A stretch of 64,000 bases of DNA from Chrysomallon squamiferum (GCA_012295275.1 CM022672.1:12648001-12712000), one strand, 5' to 3'; positions 1 through 14,424 are shown, counted from the first letter of the stretch. The notes: a model not told the origin generated them from the letters alone. Translations and numbers: made by a program.

Positions 1-388
1 TGTTTTTTTTTTTGCATCAGATAACTAATGTTCAGTCACAAACAGATAAACAGAAAGACAGCAACATTAACATATATTCTGAAACAATTTAGGTGTTCGG
101 ATGTGAGTGTGAATTAATCAGAAGGGTTATTGTTACTTTTAGTTTACTGAACTTTTCAACTGAATACGGATTGAGACTGAATACGGATGTATATACATTT
201 TCACACACACACACAAACACACATTCATACACAAAAATACATATATACACAAATACAAATACAGAAACACTTGACATATACATACTTAAGTACTTACACA
301 CATAAATAAAATACATATATACACAAATACAAATACAGAAACACTTCATATATACATACATAAGTACTTACACACACGCGCGCACACG

Positions 389-432
<44 letters not shown>

Positions 433-1337
433 ACAAATATACCAACTGATTTAGAGGTAGGCACAAATAGAAGAGATATCACTGGACTAACAGAAATCGG
501 ATGTAATCAGACTGAAAGACAGACGTCCATACAGACATTTTATAAACAAAGGTACGGCAGAAGGGTCCATGAACTTGTAAAAACGTGGATGAACGTGACC
601 TTTCTCATGTATCAGCAGTCCAGACACCATCCTGTTTATTGCGAAACGTCTTCGACTATTTCGTGAAGTGGAAAGCGTTCACTGAACCAACACAATACTC
701 AGAGAAATACTCTGTTGTCCAAACACTCTGCTGAACCAAGCCTATGTAATTATGGCGCAGTGATCCAGCGCGTTGAATATTTTATTTTTTTTTTTTTTTT
801 TCTGATGTCGCGTCTAAAGCATTAATAATTTAAAGTAACCACATAGAAACAAAAAATATATAAATAAATAAATAATCAATAATAAAATTATAAATTATAT
901 AATTTGAAATAATAATGACAAAATCATGACAAAACAAATAAACCTTTTACTATAATTTGTTTGAAAAAAAAAAAAAAAAAAAAAAAAAAATTATCAAAAA
1001 TTTATATCCTTTCTTTATCTAGCCCATCTGCTACTATTACTGTTATTATTTAAGAGTGAAAAGAAAGACAGTTTTATCATAATTTATATTATTATGTTTT
1101 AATCGTGCAATCTGACAGGTATACAGCTTGATCTACGTTTGCCGCTGTGATACTGAACTCCTAAGAAATCTCCGAGGATTTCTCTCAGCCATTCTTCTCT
1201 ACGATAGTTAGCATACCACGCGCATAGGAAACTCTCTACCGATCTTATTGATTTCGCATTAATATCACGTCTCGGATTACGTTCGAAAAAAAAAGTATTT
1301 CCTAAGAAAATTCTTATATATTACTAGAGAGAGGCTG

Positions 1338-1340
<3 letters not shown>

Positions 1341-1422
<82 letters not shown>
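1341..1422. repeat. (AG)n microsatellite, representative of many in the window
   Basis: Pure AG tract. Others: (AG)n at ~3097-3150, 5200-5263, 7865-7925, 14451-14501; (CT)n at 63127-63185; (TAGA)n at 12272-12345; many (AAT)n, (CA)n, (TA)n and (GAT)n tracts. Confidence 0.95.
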
Positions 1423-1427
<5 letters not shown>

Positions 1428-1740
1428 TTAGCTTTATCAGAAAAGCAATTCATTTTTCGTAACTAAAGGGAAGATTGCCTGAGGTAACAACATCTACTGG
1501 CTGAATGTGATTTAGACATAATCTCATTAGTAGGCTTTATTGATTGATTGATTGCATTCAGTTTTTTTTTCTCCTCTGTATTAAATATATCAGAATATAA
1601 ATGTCAAATCGTTGTTTGAAATGGGTTTTTCGTTCTTTGTGTATGTACGGCAGTGCACTGCATTACCGTTGTTTTTGTTATTATTATATTTTGATAACTG
1701 TTCTGTCCACACCAGATATTTATCAATATATTTTTAAAAA

Positions 1741-1776
<36 letters not shown>

Positions 1777-1780
1777 TAGA

Positions 1781-1811
<31 letters not shown>

Positions 1812-2538
1812 CTTTTTAATATTGGCTGTCATTTCCCGTTAAACTGCAGTGCATGCAGAGAGTTATTTTACCTTTCGATTCCTCGCTACCAACAAATCAA
1901 ATTCTTGAGAGTAACTAACTCATACGGTGGCTACAGCCAATTTCTTCTTTTATATTATCATAAAAAAATACAATAAAAGCATGATCGATACCTATTATCC
2001 ATCATTAATGAAAAAAAAAAAATGAAAAAAAAAGTATCGCTAAACATTAATTCATACCTGACCACTTATATCATTACAGAAATCTACTGCATGAATATGC
2101 TTTAGATAAACTGGCCTCATTTGTTTTGCCTTAAGAACAAGGTTATGTGATCATGATGTTGTGACTACATTAATTAGGAGACTGCGTGCGTGACTTTGGG
2201 TGCTTCATGGCAATGTTTTCAATTACGTAAACGGTGATTACGTCTTGTTCACTTGAGTAGCTGTATAATTATGGGAGAATACCGTATCGTTCACGGCGAG
2301 TTGTTGCCGCTGCTGCTGTTGCTGAAGTTTTTATGATTAGATTTAAAGTACAGTAATGATTAGATTAGTCAATCAGTTTAAAATAGCTGTTTTTGTTTGT
2401 TTGTTTTAAACACACGAAAGTAACAAGTTAAGAAAACATTATTGTTTTAAAATTATTTGAATTTATTTTTATCAGAGAACGGAAGGAATAATAATAATCA
2501 TAAATTACTAATAATAACAATAATAGTAATAATAATGG

Positions 2539-2572
<34 letters not shown>

Positions 2573-3095
2573 AATAATAATAATAATAATAATAATAATG
2601 TAGACATCGATGACGATAATAATAATTACAACAAAGACAACAACAATAATGACGATGACAAAACAATAAATTAAAATAATTGTTATCGTTATCATAATCA
2701 TGACGTCGCCGATGATAACAAACAAGAACAGCAACAACGTATCTGTTTCATTTCTTATTTGCTCAGTAATCTGTTTATCTCGTCCAACCTGAGATAAAGT
2801 ATTGTCTTAGCTGCACATGTATTAGCTTCATACATGATGTGAGAATGTGCTAAACCTGCAGAACAAATCGTCAGACAGACCGTGTGAATTGTGCAACGTG
2901 ACTCCACGATAAGATTGTAATAATATATAGAGTTAGATCATATCTAGTTAACACAGTTCATTTATAACGACATATTACCTAACATATGTTATCGATTACT
3001 GTTTTTATAGATACAGTAATATATATTTTTTCATTTAGTTATTTTATTATTGGTTTTTTCTTTCTTTCTTTTATTATTATTTGAAAAACAGAATT

Positions 3096-3153
<58 letters not shown>

Positions 3154-5194
3154 AGAAGAAAAGAAGAAGAAGAAATGAGAGTGAGAAGAGAAGAGATAAA
3201 TATGAATTCTTTGAATATTTTGTTCTTTCTAGTTTTCTAATACAGTATTCTGCATCTTATTAACACATGTTTTCTGTGTTTGGGATTAGCATTCTACAAG
3301 TTTTGCAGCTGTTGAACACTAAACTCTCAATGTGGTCAGTGTAGTTCGACCGTCATGGATTTTATCATTCGCCATTCTACTCGTCTAGCTTTGTCCATGG
3401 GGAATTCTGCTACTGATATCCTTAATGAAATTATTATATAGCGATGTACAATTGCCACCTCAGCTACGTGTCTCCTTAAGATAGAAAGGGTTAAAATGGA
3501 CGAATTTATAATATTATAAAGAATAGATTAACCGCCGTCATGTGGTTATACTGATATTTTCACAAGCATATGTTTCCAGTTAAGGGACGCAACTTCTGCA
3601 ACTTTAGCGACAACATCCTCGGTGAATTGTATGATAGACATAAACAATGCTGCACACCAAACTTATCAATTCTCATATTAAATACATAAATAAATAAATA
3701 AATAAATAAATAAACTAGAGAGATGAAGACACACGTTCACATAAAAAGAGAGAGAAGGAAAACAACATTAAATAAAAGGCTAAATAACAAATTCTGCTGG
3801 GAAATGTCAAATTCCTGGTTGCACGCGTTCTGTTCCATATTTATAAAATCCTGCACCGCAATACATAAATATAAATGTTCAGTTCTGTATAAAAATATCT
3901 ATTCATCCCAAATATTTGGTTCAGTGCCACAGTGTGAGAATTTTGCATAGGCTGAGTTCGGGATGGGTATATTGTAATGTAAAATGGCCATGAATGTGTA
4001 CAAATTTGACCTTGTCATAATTTTGTATCCTCAGCTAAAATGTAATATTATCTTTTTCTATTATACTCCGAATGTGATTATTAATGCATGAAATGTATGT
4101 CTAAAAACCGAAAGGCTTAAAGCTAATAAACTGTTTTATACTGTATCTCAACAGTTTTAGTCATTTTTGTTTCATTAATGAGTAAGTTGCGGTTTATTAA
4201 TCATTGGGGACGGGAAAGTGTCATTTTGATCTGACTGACTTCTATAACTGTTAGTTTAACTATACAGTGTGTCAAATATGATGTTTGAATATAACGACAA
4301 ATAAAACCATACACTAAAAGCGAATTGATTGAATCAATAAAGATTGATTTTCGTTTGTAGTGTTTAAAATGTGTCAAGGTAATCGTTCAAGTTGTTTGTG
4401 ACTATGCATTTAACTTTTGATTAACAAGATTTGAAAATAAATAATTAACAAATAAAAAAGGCTTCTGCACTGATAAATTTATAACTTTAAAAATTTTGAA
4501 TCATATAGTGAAAATAATTTTAAAAAGCAATTGAAAACAAATAAAAACAAGGCAACGTTAAGTAAATCAAAACAAACGAAACAATAAATAAATAATTTCT
4601 AGCTTCTTGTAATTAGCTATGATTGTTACGGTATCTATCTATCTATCTATCTAATTATATATATATATGTCATAACATTTACGTAACTGATAAATGACGT
4701 CACAGAAAAAAAAATCCGCTTCTCGTGACCTAAATCACATGACGTCGATATAGTGTTAAAACTGGATACACGTGCTTTTCGTCTACATTAAATAACCTTT
4801 ATGTCAACACACGTGGTTAACATAACGGACAGTCCTGTATCCAATGTAAGCGTGTACCGGCAATAAATAAAGAAAATCTATAAAATACAGACAAGCTGTT
4901 TATTCTAACCTGCCGTAACTTACGATTCTCATCTATTTTATTTTCCAATTAAAACAAAAATGTTCAGTTATCATCACAGTACACAGATATACCTGTCATA
5001 CGGATAATTAAAACAGCTAAACCACAAAGGTATTACGACGACACTGACACACCATTATCTTTATAGCACACATTTAACAACTGTTCTGGACACGGGTCAG
5101 TGAATGGCTCGTGGATACAGATGTTGCAACAGCTTGGCCAATATACGTAACAACAAATGTGCTAAATATATCTGCGATTGAATTACGGAGAAAA

Positions 5195-5266
<72 letters not shown>

Positions 5267-7321
5267 GCTAATTTTTGTATAACATAAATGAAATATCTTA
5301 GTTGCGCAATATTATGCAATCCGGTTCCTGAATGCGAGTCTCAGGGATCTCTTCCCCCTCAGATCGCGGTGGGGCGCATTACATCACCACGAAGGCATTT
5401 TCCCTACATCAAACAACTAAATTATAGCCTGCAAGTTAGAAATAGTTTTCTAGATTAGTAGCATTGATCCTCAACCACAGATGGATGCATAAAATTAAAA
5501 CCGGTGAAAATAAAATTATTCAAGCCTAACGGCATATTATATAATTACCAAAAAAAAAAAAAACTATAGCGTCAAGGGTAACAACAACAATAAAATAACG
5601 TAATAAAAACTAACATCTTAAACAATAATAACACATTACAATAACAACAATACATTTTTATATTACAAAACAATAAATATCCATTTTTCTTATTTCCCCC
5701 TTGCCTTATATTAAAATCAATCAATCAATCTATTAATCGGTAAACGTACTTGATTTTTGTTCTATTTGTTTTCAGTGAAATAAATAAATTCGTTAATTCA
5801 AAAAAAAAAAAAAAAAAAAAAATAAATAAATAAATAAAATAAAAATGTATTCACTTACACCTTAAACAAAACAGATTAAAAAAAAAAAAAAAAAAAAAGA
5901 AATAAAGAAAGACAGACATTTTATAGGCGTGTTAGCGAAATAGAAATCACGTTGTTGCATTACGAAGGATGTGACACGTCTGAGGTATTGGATTACCTGA
6001 GCATCGTTATGCTCCGTTAAGCACTGTTAACTTTTTGTTTCTACACGAAAACTTCATGCAGTTCATTCACAGCATCTGTAAAACATTGAAGTAACTGGGT
6101 CAGCAGGTATTATTTGAATTCAGTAGCGACACGTGAATATCGTTGAACAGATGGAGGAACAGAGCCAATAAAAAAACTGATGTCTGCAGACCACTAACAC
6201 GTGGACTCACACCAGTGTTCGTTATTTTTTTTCAAACATCTGACGACAATTGTTTGAAAAGTTTGAAATAAACGGCATTAAAAGTTGTAAATGGTTTGCT
6301 GTCGTATTTGTTTCGTGGTGTAATTTATTTGATGAGTATAATGAGGTCATTATGACCTATGTTAAATTGGAAAAAGACGTAAATAACAAAGAACAAACAA
6401 ACAAAACAAACAAAAAACTAAAAATAAAAATAAAAAATATTATTTTTAATATATTTTCCAGTTAATTTTCCTTCTAAACATAGTTTACTTATATAAAGAT
6501 TTTATTTGTTTGTACTCTTTCGATTCAAGTAGACTTATAATGTTATTATACCCTTGAAAGGTGGGGGGAAAACGGATTCTTAACATTACATACATTATAT
6601 CAAAACAGTGATTTTAACTGTTTACGAACCACTTTGTTACACATACCTATATTTTGTTACGGTTATTTTGTTACACTTACCTATGTTTTGTTATGGTTAT
6701 CACGTTAAAAATCGTTATAAAATGTTAACACTGAAATACAATGCCTTGTTGTTTTCTTAAAAAGAATGTGGGGATGTGCACGTAGATCCTTTTCTTTGTC
6801 ACTGTAATATATATATATCTGCTATCCAGTCAACATCATAGTAATGCAGGTATACAAATAGTGCAATAATTATACTACTATTAAGACATGAAAAAATCAG
6901 GTATTATCCGGTCAACTGGTTTTAATTCCATAATTATACCAGTATCCAGTCAGTAAAAAACGATACTTGATTACAATGATTACACGATTATTCAATCAAT
7001 AATAATTATATTAATGAAACAATTATACCAGTATCCAAATTAGAGTTTCTGAAGCATGGAAAATACGCTTTTTTTTATATTTATTTATTTATTTTTCAGA
7101 GGACAAACGATTCACTTTATGGTAATTTTATTTCAGTAATGGATATTTTGGCATTCATTTATCCCGTAACCTTTCACGTTGTACTGTGTCCTGCTTAGGT
7201 AAAATTACATATAAAATGTCAAGAAGAAAAACGTTTTTATCACTTAATGGCTTACATGTTAAATCTCAATGATAAAAGAAGTAAAAAAAAAAAATACAAA
7301 TAACATCTGGCTGCATACACG

Positions 7322-7515
7322 AGGGGCGGATCGAAGATTTCAGAAAAGGTGTGTTTCAACCCAGAACAAGGAGGGGAAGGCAGGAAGATGAAAAGATGGT
7401 CAGTGCTAAGTGCGCGTCTCTCCCAGCCGTAGAGTTGTGAGTGAGTACATTTGAAGGTGCCGTGTGTTGCAGTCACTTGTAATGGCGCACTCTGTTACTG
7501 GATAGATCCGACCCT
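7322..7515. mobile_element. Degenerate PIF/Harbinger-like MITE
   Basis: A GC-rich block in an AT-rich intron is bounded by imperfect inverted ends AGGGGCGGATCGA / TAGATCCGACCCT, resembling GGGGCGGATC-type Harbinger TIRs. No clean TSD. Confidence 0.5.
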
Positions 7516-7545
7516 TTTATTTTTTCCCTAAAGTTTTGTCAAATA

Positions 7546-7595
<50 letters not shown>

Positions 7596-7860
7596 TTTTA
7601 TTATTGTTATTATTATTTAACTATTATTTTTTTTATTATTATTTTTTAATTAGGGAAAGATAAAGTAATCGGAGTTCTGTCGTGCACCTGATACAGAGAT
7701 ATAACAAACATGCACATTTACAATATAATTTATAGCTACTCTGGTAACTTTCTGAAATTACCAATCTAATTTTTTTCTTTTCTTTTCTTTTCTTTTTTTT
7801 CTTTTGTTTACCATAAAATAATTATTGGAGCATATTTAAAGATATACCTTACATGTTTTT

Positions 7861-7926
<66 letters not shown>

Positions 7927-8395
7927 ACAAAAAGGAAGTTAAATAGTAATAATAATAATATCAACTGGATAATAAAGTCGTAATGAATCAATCAACTGAC
8001 CCAGATCCGTTCATAAATCACTAGACATAAATCATGATAAATGCCTTGAAGTTCTCATTTAAATTTCAGTACACACCTTTTTACATTTTTTATTTTTTTT
8101 TATTTTTTTATATTAATATGTGGTATTTTAAACATCAGTGTAAATAAAAAATACTTCTATTCCAGTAGTCCTGTACCCATTAAAATAAAAAAAATAAAAA
8201 TAAATACAGTTTAAAAAAAAAAATCAATTGGACTAATTTACATTGGTCGATACGAACTCGCATGCGCAGAGAACCACATGGTGATGCAACAGTATTGTAA
8301 ACTGTAGAGCAATAGTGGTAAGGTACCTAGAGGTAAGGTAATATGCGAAAATATTCAGCCTTTATATTAGAAAAAAACAAAAACCAGTTACTTAC

Positions 8396-8894
8396 GAATG
8401 CAAACAGCAGCTAGAAGTCGAACAGGGATATCAGGCTGGTCGCAGTCAGGAAACAATGGTTCGATAACGTAGTATGAAAATGTTAGAGCCACAATGGCAT
8501 TCGAGCAGGGTCGTACTATCATACACTCGACCCACAGTCTCAAGAAGGCCAAAAAAGGTCCAAATGCTTCGAAAATATACGCGTAATCCGCACCAGAACG
8601 TAAAATAGAGGTTCCAAGCTCTGCGTAACAGTAGGCGCCTACCATAGAATACAGTCCGCTCAGCGTCCACACAATCAAAGACATACCGACACTGCCGGAA
8701 CCTTCCAAAACACCCCTTGGACTGACGAATATACCCGAACCTATTATACTGCCAACAATAACAGTTATTCCATTAATCAGAGTGATTTTAGGACGTAGTT
8801 TGACAGCATCGTCGTCCTCCGGAATCGCTGGCTTGTCATCTTTTTCGTTTTTATTCTGCGCCGGCACGGTGTTATATCCTGTGAGTTCTGCCAT
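8396..8894 (-). CDS. First coding exon of an L-type amino acid transporter light chain (SLC7A5/SLC7A8, LAT1/LAT2-like; APC superfamily); rest of gene lies beyond the left edge
   Basis: ATG at 8894 gives MAELTG...[28 protein letters not shown]...[44 protein letters not shown]...LLAAVCI, which carries the LAT-family TM1 GSGIF and YAELG motifs. The exon ends at C|GTAAGT (donor 8395, phase 1). No exon-2-like peptide was found in 1-8395, so intron 1 is >8.3 kb. The exact paralogue cannot be assigned. Confidence 0.93.
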
Positions 8895-9119
8895 ATTTTT
8901 CTCTTTGTACGCTCCAAAGTTATTTCTCAGAAAAAAATAATTACGCACTCCTCTGCTGACCTTCTCTGTAACACACACACAGTTTCCAGATAGGAGAAAT
9001 ATGGAATATATATTTTTAAAAGATTGTTTATAAACTGATGGATGTATCGTTCAACCGTACAGTGACATGCTGCCTGCCGCTACAAAGGAGATTTGTGTTG
9101 TGTGTACGTTAGTTAGCTC

Positions 9120-9200
9120 TAGTGTGCCACATGCTCCGTGTGAACACGTGTGGCTATGACGTCCAGCCATCCATCCAATCGATTTCTAACTCCTCCCACA
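9120..9200 (-). promoter_or_regulatory. Probable proximal promoter of the SLC7 transporter gene
   Basis: About 250 bp upstream of the ATG: CACATG, CACGTG (9145-9150), TGACGT and CCAAT are clustered within ~55 bp. Confidence 0.4.
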
Positions 9201-9539
9201 CAGACGGGTTTTTTAGAACTGTTGATACATTTATTTATTGTTTTCACAGATTCAATTCATGATTTCTGTACATCTAAAAGACCGGTCCGTTCTTTCATAA
9301 TATTAAATAGCAGTATGATATTAACTACAATGTAGTATTATATGTGAGCACAAGGCATGAAAAAAAAAAAAAATAATAATAATAATAATTAATTAATACA
9401 TAATAAATAAATAAATTAGACATTAATACATTTAAGTAAAAAAAATAATAATAAATACAAATTAATTAACTAATTAATAAATAAAATAAATAATGAAATA
9501 AAATAAAAAGGAATTTAAAAAATGAATGATTGAATAAAT

Positions 9540-9616
9540 AAATACACTTTAATTAATCAGTTAATAAAATAAATAAATAAATAAATAAATACACTTTAAT
9601 TAATCAGTTAATAAAA

Positions 9617-9655
<39 letters not shown>

Positions 9656-9688
9656 ATACACTTTAATTAATCAGTTAATAAAATAAAT
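9540..9688. repeat. Three copies of AATACACTTTAATTAATCAGTTAATAAA separated by (AAAT)n tracts
   Basis: Identical units at ~9541, ~9588 and ~9655. Confidence 0.85.
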
Positions 9689-10011
9689 GTGTGGGGAATT
9701 TTGTGCTGCTGGTGTATTTATGTTTTACTTTATGTGTTTTGTGTGCTAGTGTTTATGAGATGCATATCACATGTTTTTAATGTGTCGTTTTAGAGCATAC
9801 GCCCATCTGCCGTTTCTTTAATTTTCACGTCTGCTTTCATGAAATTTAATTAATTGTCAAAGCATAGACAGCATGTTTTAACGTCAAACTTTGTCACAAT
9901 TTATACTTTTTTTTATTATTATTATTTTTTTTTATTTATGTGGTTAACATCAGACAGAACTCGGTCATGCATGACTTATATTCAAAAGACTTGAAAACAA
10001 ACATGTATGTA

Positions 10012-10045
<34 letters not shown>

Positions 10046-11325
10046 AAGCTGTATGTATTTATGTGATGTATGTATATACCTAAGAATATATGTCCATGTT
10101 TGTATCTATCTATATGTGTGTGCATGTATGTATGTATGTATGTTTGTGTGTATGACTGAACATAGTATATACGTATATTATATTAGACAGTAATCCTTTC
10201 CATAAGCAAGACTATATGCATTTGTGCATAAGTTCATATCGAATCTCACTATATCTCATTATATGACCTGAACCTCCATGTATCCTTCCTGACTTGATGA
10301 TGTGTTTTATCTTACTGCACAGCTGCGGGTTATAAGCACTCGACTAGCTGTCACGTACAAGTGTTAGCAGGCAGATATCAGCGTCTCACAACGTGGCGAT
10401 CTTCATCAAGTGAGAGGTAAAAAAAAACTAACTACAACAGAGTGTTATGCAGTGACAAGCAATAGATAGATATTTAAATAATAAAGTATACATGTACATA
10501 CGTTTGTACGAACCTAAATATCTATTTGTGTATAGATGGAAAAAAAAAAAAAAAAAGTTAACGGAAAGTGGAAGAAGATTCAGAGAAATAAAGTCGATAA
10601 AAACAAGTGATTGAGAATTTTTTTTTTTTTTTTTTTTTTGTACGGTATCATATAGCTAAGCAGTTTAAATATCACATTAATTCTAATCTAAGGCTAAAAC
10701 TTTTAACACGGGATCAAAATATTTGCAGAAATAATAATAACAGTCATGAGAAAACATACGAACGGAAGAAGCATAATGCCAGAGTGCTTCACAACGAAAA
10801 TGGGTCTGATAATTACTGAGGCCGAGGGATTAGAGAAAAGCGGGTACTGACGCGTATTGTATTTCCTTTACATCGGGGATACTTCTAACCTCGGAATGAC
10901 ATCATAATTGTCCATGCTGGAGTGGTCCCACAACGGCGTCTGTGGGAAATGAAGTCAAGCGTCAACATCCTTGTTTTTGTCAGACGTGAAAACGTCTTCC
11001 TCAAACATTTGGATGTGACAGCCGCGAGACAGGCCAATCACAGAATGCGGAGATCACGTTTGGAGATGTGTTTACACCGGTGGCTGGAATTCGAGGGGAT
11101 TCGTTGAGTTTTGCAATGGCGAGTAAGAATGTTCGAGGCGAGGATCTAACAAACTGAACTGAAAAGAAGAAGGAGGAAGGAAGAAGATGAAATTAAAATA
11201 TGAATTAAATGGAGAACAAGAAAACAACAGAGTAAAATAAAAAAGAAAAAAAAGAGAGCCAAAAAATAAAAATAAAAAACAACAACAAATGGCCGAAGTT
11301 CGAGATAAAATGTCTGTGTAAAAAA

Positions 11326-11581
11326 ATTACTATTACTACAACTACCACTACTACCATCACCACCATCAAAACCACATTATTACTACTGATACTACTCCAC
11401 TACTACTGCAACTACCACTATATCTGTTGCTGCTGCTGCTGCTTTTTATTGCCACTCCATTAATACTACTATAACTTTGCTACTACTAATACTAGTACTA
11501 CCACTAGTGTCAATCCTGTACTTTTACTAGCATATCATCAACCACAACAACTACCACCACTACTTCCACTATTACTATCAT

Positions 11582-11613
<32 letters not shown>

Positions 11614-11660
11614 GTACTACTATGTCCGCAACTGCTGCTTTTGCTACTTCTACTACTAAC
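11326..11660. repeat. Degenerate (ACT/ACC/GCT)n trinucleotide low-complexity tract (a similar one at ~16350-16550)
   Basis: Runs of ACTACT/ACCACC/GCTGCT; these explain spurious Thr-rich ORFs. Confidence 0.85.
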
Positions 11661-12271
11661 ATGTATTACCCAAAATCATATACAGCAACAACAATAAAAC
11701 ATATATTTCAGTACTTAATTCGTCTTCACTTTGAAACTGCCCTATGAAACTGATTTATAGGCTAACACTTTGTTTTGGCCTTGTCCTTAATTTGTTAACG
11801 TACACATTCACCGACATTAATCATAAATAAAGCCTGCAGACTTAACGTCCGACAACATCACCTTGTCCGTTAGTTTATCACCTTACTACGCAGTGACGCA
11901 AGGCGGACGACATTGTGTACTTAAATGGCACTTAATTACATGTTTTTTTTATATATTGGAGCGGGAGATAACTGGGGTTTCACAGCCCACCCGACGAGCC
12001 GTTCAGATGTCAGGATCTGAATGCACTGGATTGGGATCTGTTGAGCTATAAATCGCTTGTATTTGATGTATTCGTTTTCTTTCAGTGTGTAGAAAAAAGG
12101 TAAATGGTCCTGTCGTTTTTTTGTTTTTTTTTTTGATTCCTAGGTTATTTACAGTTATTTACAGTAGTATACCGCTGTTAGTAGTAAATTCGTGCGCCGT
12201 AAATTTTTGAAGATGGATTCGACCTCGACTGAAAATTAAAATAATCATAATAAACATAAATAAATAACTAT

Positions 12272-12345
<74 letters not shown>

Positions 12346-12911
12346 CATAAAACATTATTCCACAAGAAAGAAACAAAACAGTGTACCCATGTTTTAAATA
12401 CTGGGTTCTAGGGCAGCCAAAAATAATCGTAATAGTAAAAATAGTGGGTGTAATAATTTTAATGACAGTAATATTTTTAAAATAGTAATTGTAGTTGTAG
12501 TAGCAGTAGTAACAGAAGCAGCAGAGCAACAGTAATAGCAATAATAAAAGCGACCGAGGTATTAAATTTAATTACGAGAACAATAGCATAATACTGAAAA
12601 TTTTAAAACAGAAATATTTTTACTGTCATGTTTAACATTGAAATCAGCTTTGTCACATGTATTTACCTGTAAAACAATGTTATTTAACAATACAATGACG
12701 AAACAATGACGAAACATTGACGAAATGATTTAACACGTACAGCTTTACTTAATAATCGAATGACATAATGGTCTAACGTTTCCTTATTTCCTAACTGTTG
12801 CGTCATTTTCTGTCTGGACTTTGAGTTATTAAGTTTTAAGTAATGGATTCTAGTTATCAATCATTATCAGCCATTTTAATTTTAATAACTGTAAGGTAGC
12901 AGACATATTAA

Positions 12912-12951
<40 letters not shown>

Positions 12952-13625
12952 TTTTTTATTTTTTTTTTTTTTTATTACCGACATTGCATATTATTAACGA
13001 TTAACCACAGAAAATATAACACTTTAGTGCTAATATAGTTATATATGTATGTATTGCATCTAACTAACACCTATGTTTGGCTGTATTTCGTTTTCGTGTG
13101 CAAATTAATCCGCTACACTAAACGTTTGACGAAATGCCAAGGAAAAATATCTGATATAAACACAGATGCATGAACAATATCAGTAACCTTCAGTGATTGT
13201 TTTAAAAAAACAACTAAATATGGCATCTGTTTGACAGTATTACATCGCTGTGACGTATTTCTCATATTCATCGCTGTGACACATTTCCCATATCAAACAA
13301 AGTTATTAATTTGTATTTTATATCTACCAGTCACCTTGTCTTGATATGTGTAGATGTTATTAATCATAGAACTCGGTGAACTTAAGAAAACGAATAGGGT
13401 AATTAGGAAGATAAGCTGGGGAGAATAGTATGATTATCTTTGAATGTAACAATAATGGAAGATTCGATAGATAGACAGACAAGCAGACAGACATAGGGAA
13501 ATTCAGATATTATGAGAGAAAGAAATTTATACGAAATGTTTCAACATTGTCTTCATATTAATCCTTTTCGTTTTTCATTTCATGAACTTCTATAATTATT
13601 AATAAACAGAATATATTATGTCTAT

Positions 13626-13670
<45 letters not shown>

Positions 13671-14424
13671 GTAACAACAAAAACAACAGCAACAGTAAAA
13701 ACAATAATAATAAATTAAATAATGTAGGAAATAAGAACTTCCTGAAGGTAATATGGAAATAAATATTAATTACTGACAGCGTCGGAAAAGCTAATATAAA
13801 AATAGATTTTAATCGGCTTATTGTAACTCGAAGTTAATTCCCTCTCTGAGTCTCATCCATGATATAATTATTGTCTTAACATTGTGTGTAACATAACAAT
13901 TGATTTACTTTTTCTTTAATATAATTATTATATAGACCGACATAGAAACATACATACACTGATACTAATATACATTTATACAGACTAAATTATAGATTTA
14001 TAAACAAACAGATAAATAGATAGAGACAGACAGAGATAGGCAGTCCTAAACACATACAAACATTCAGACAAATTGATAACAGAAGAAGAAAAAATGAAAA
14101 TGTTAAGTTTCCGAACCGTACACATGTTAATGTCTTTTTTATCAAAATATGGTCCATGTGTTTTCTTTAATTCATAATTGTATTCATTTATTTAGTCTCC
14201 TTTGCTCAAACAACCATGATGAAACTTTGCATCAGAAGAGATTTGAAAAGATAAATAAAATCAGTGTTAAATGTATTAATTACAAAAGTATGCCACCATC
14301 CCATGAACTAGGAGTGGCAGCGGTTCGTGCAGATATTTCTCTTAACTTATTTAATAATACATTGCCATAGTAACAGCATTCTGAGTGGACTAAGGAATAA
14401 CAACTTAATGTCATAATTAATCGG

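Noticed and set aside
3258-3494. piggyBac-like element ending AAAGGGTTAA
   Set aside because: No convincing matching left terminal repeat.
5074-5160. 'TRVQ' peptide resembling LAT exon 2
   Set aside because: Flanking residues do not match, a stop follows within three codons, and there is no suitable donor.
5320-5400. tRNA or tRNA-derived SINE head (also at ~41070-41160)
   Set aside because: A/B boxes are too degenerate and no cloverleaf or SINE tail is visible.
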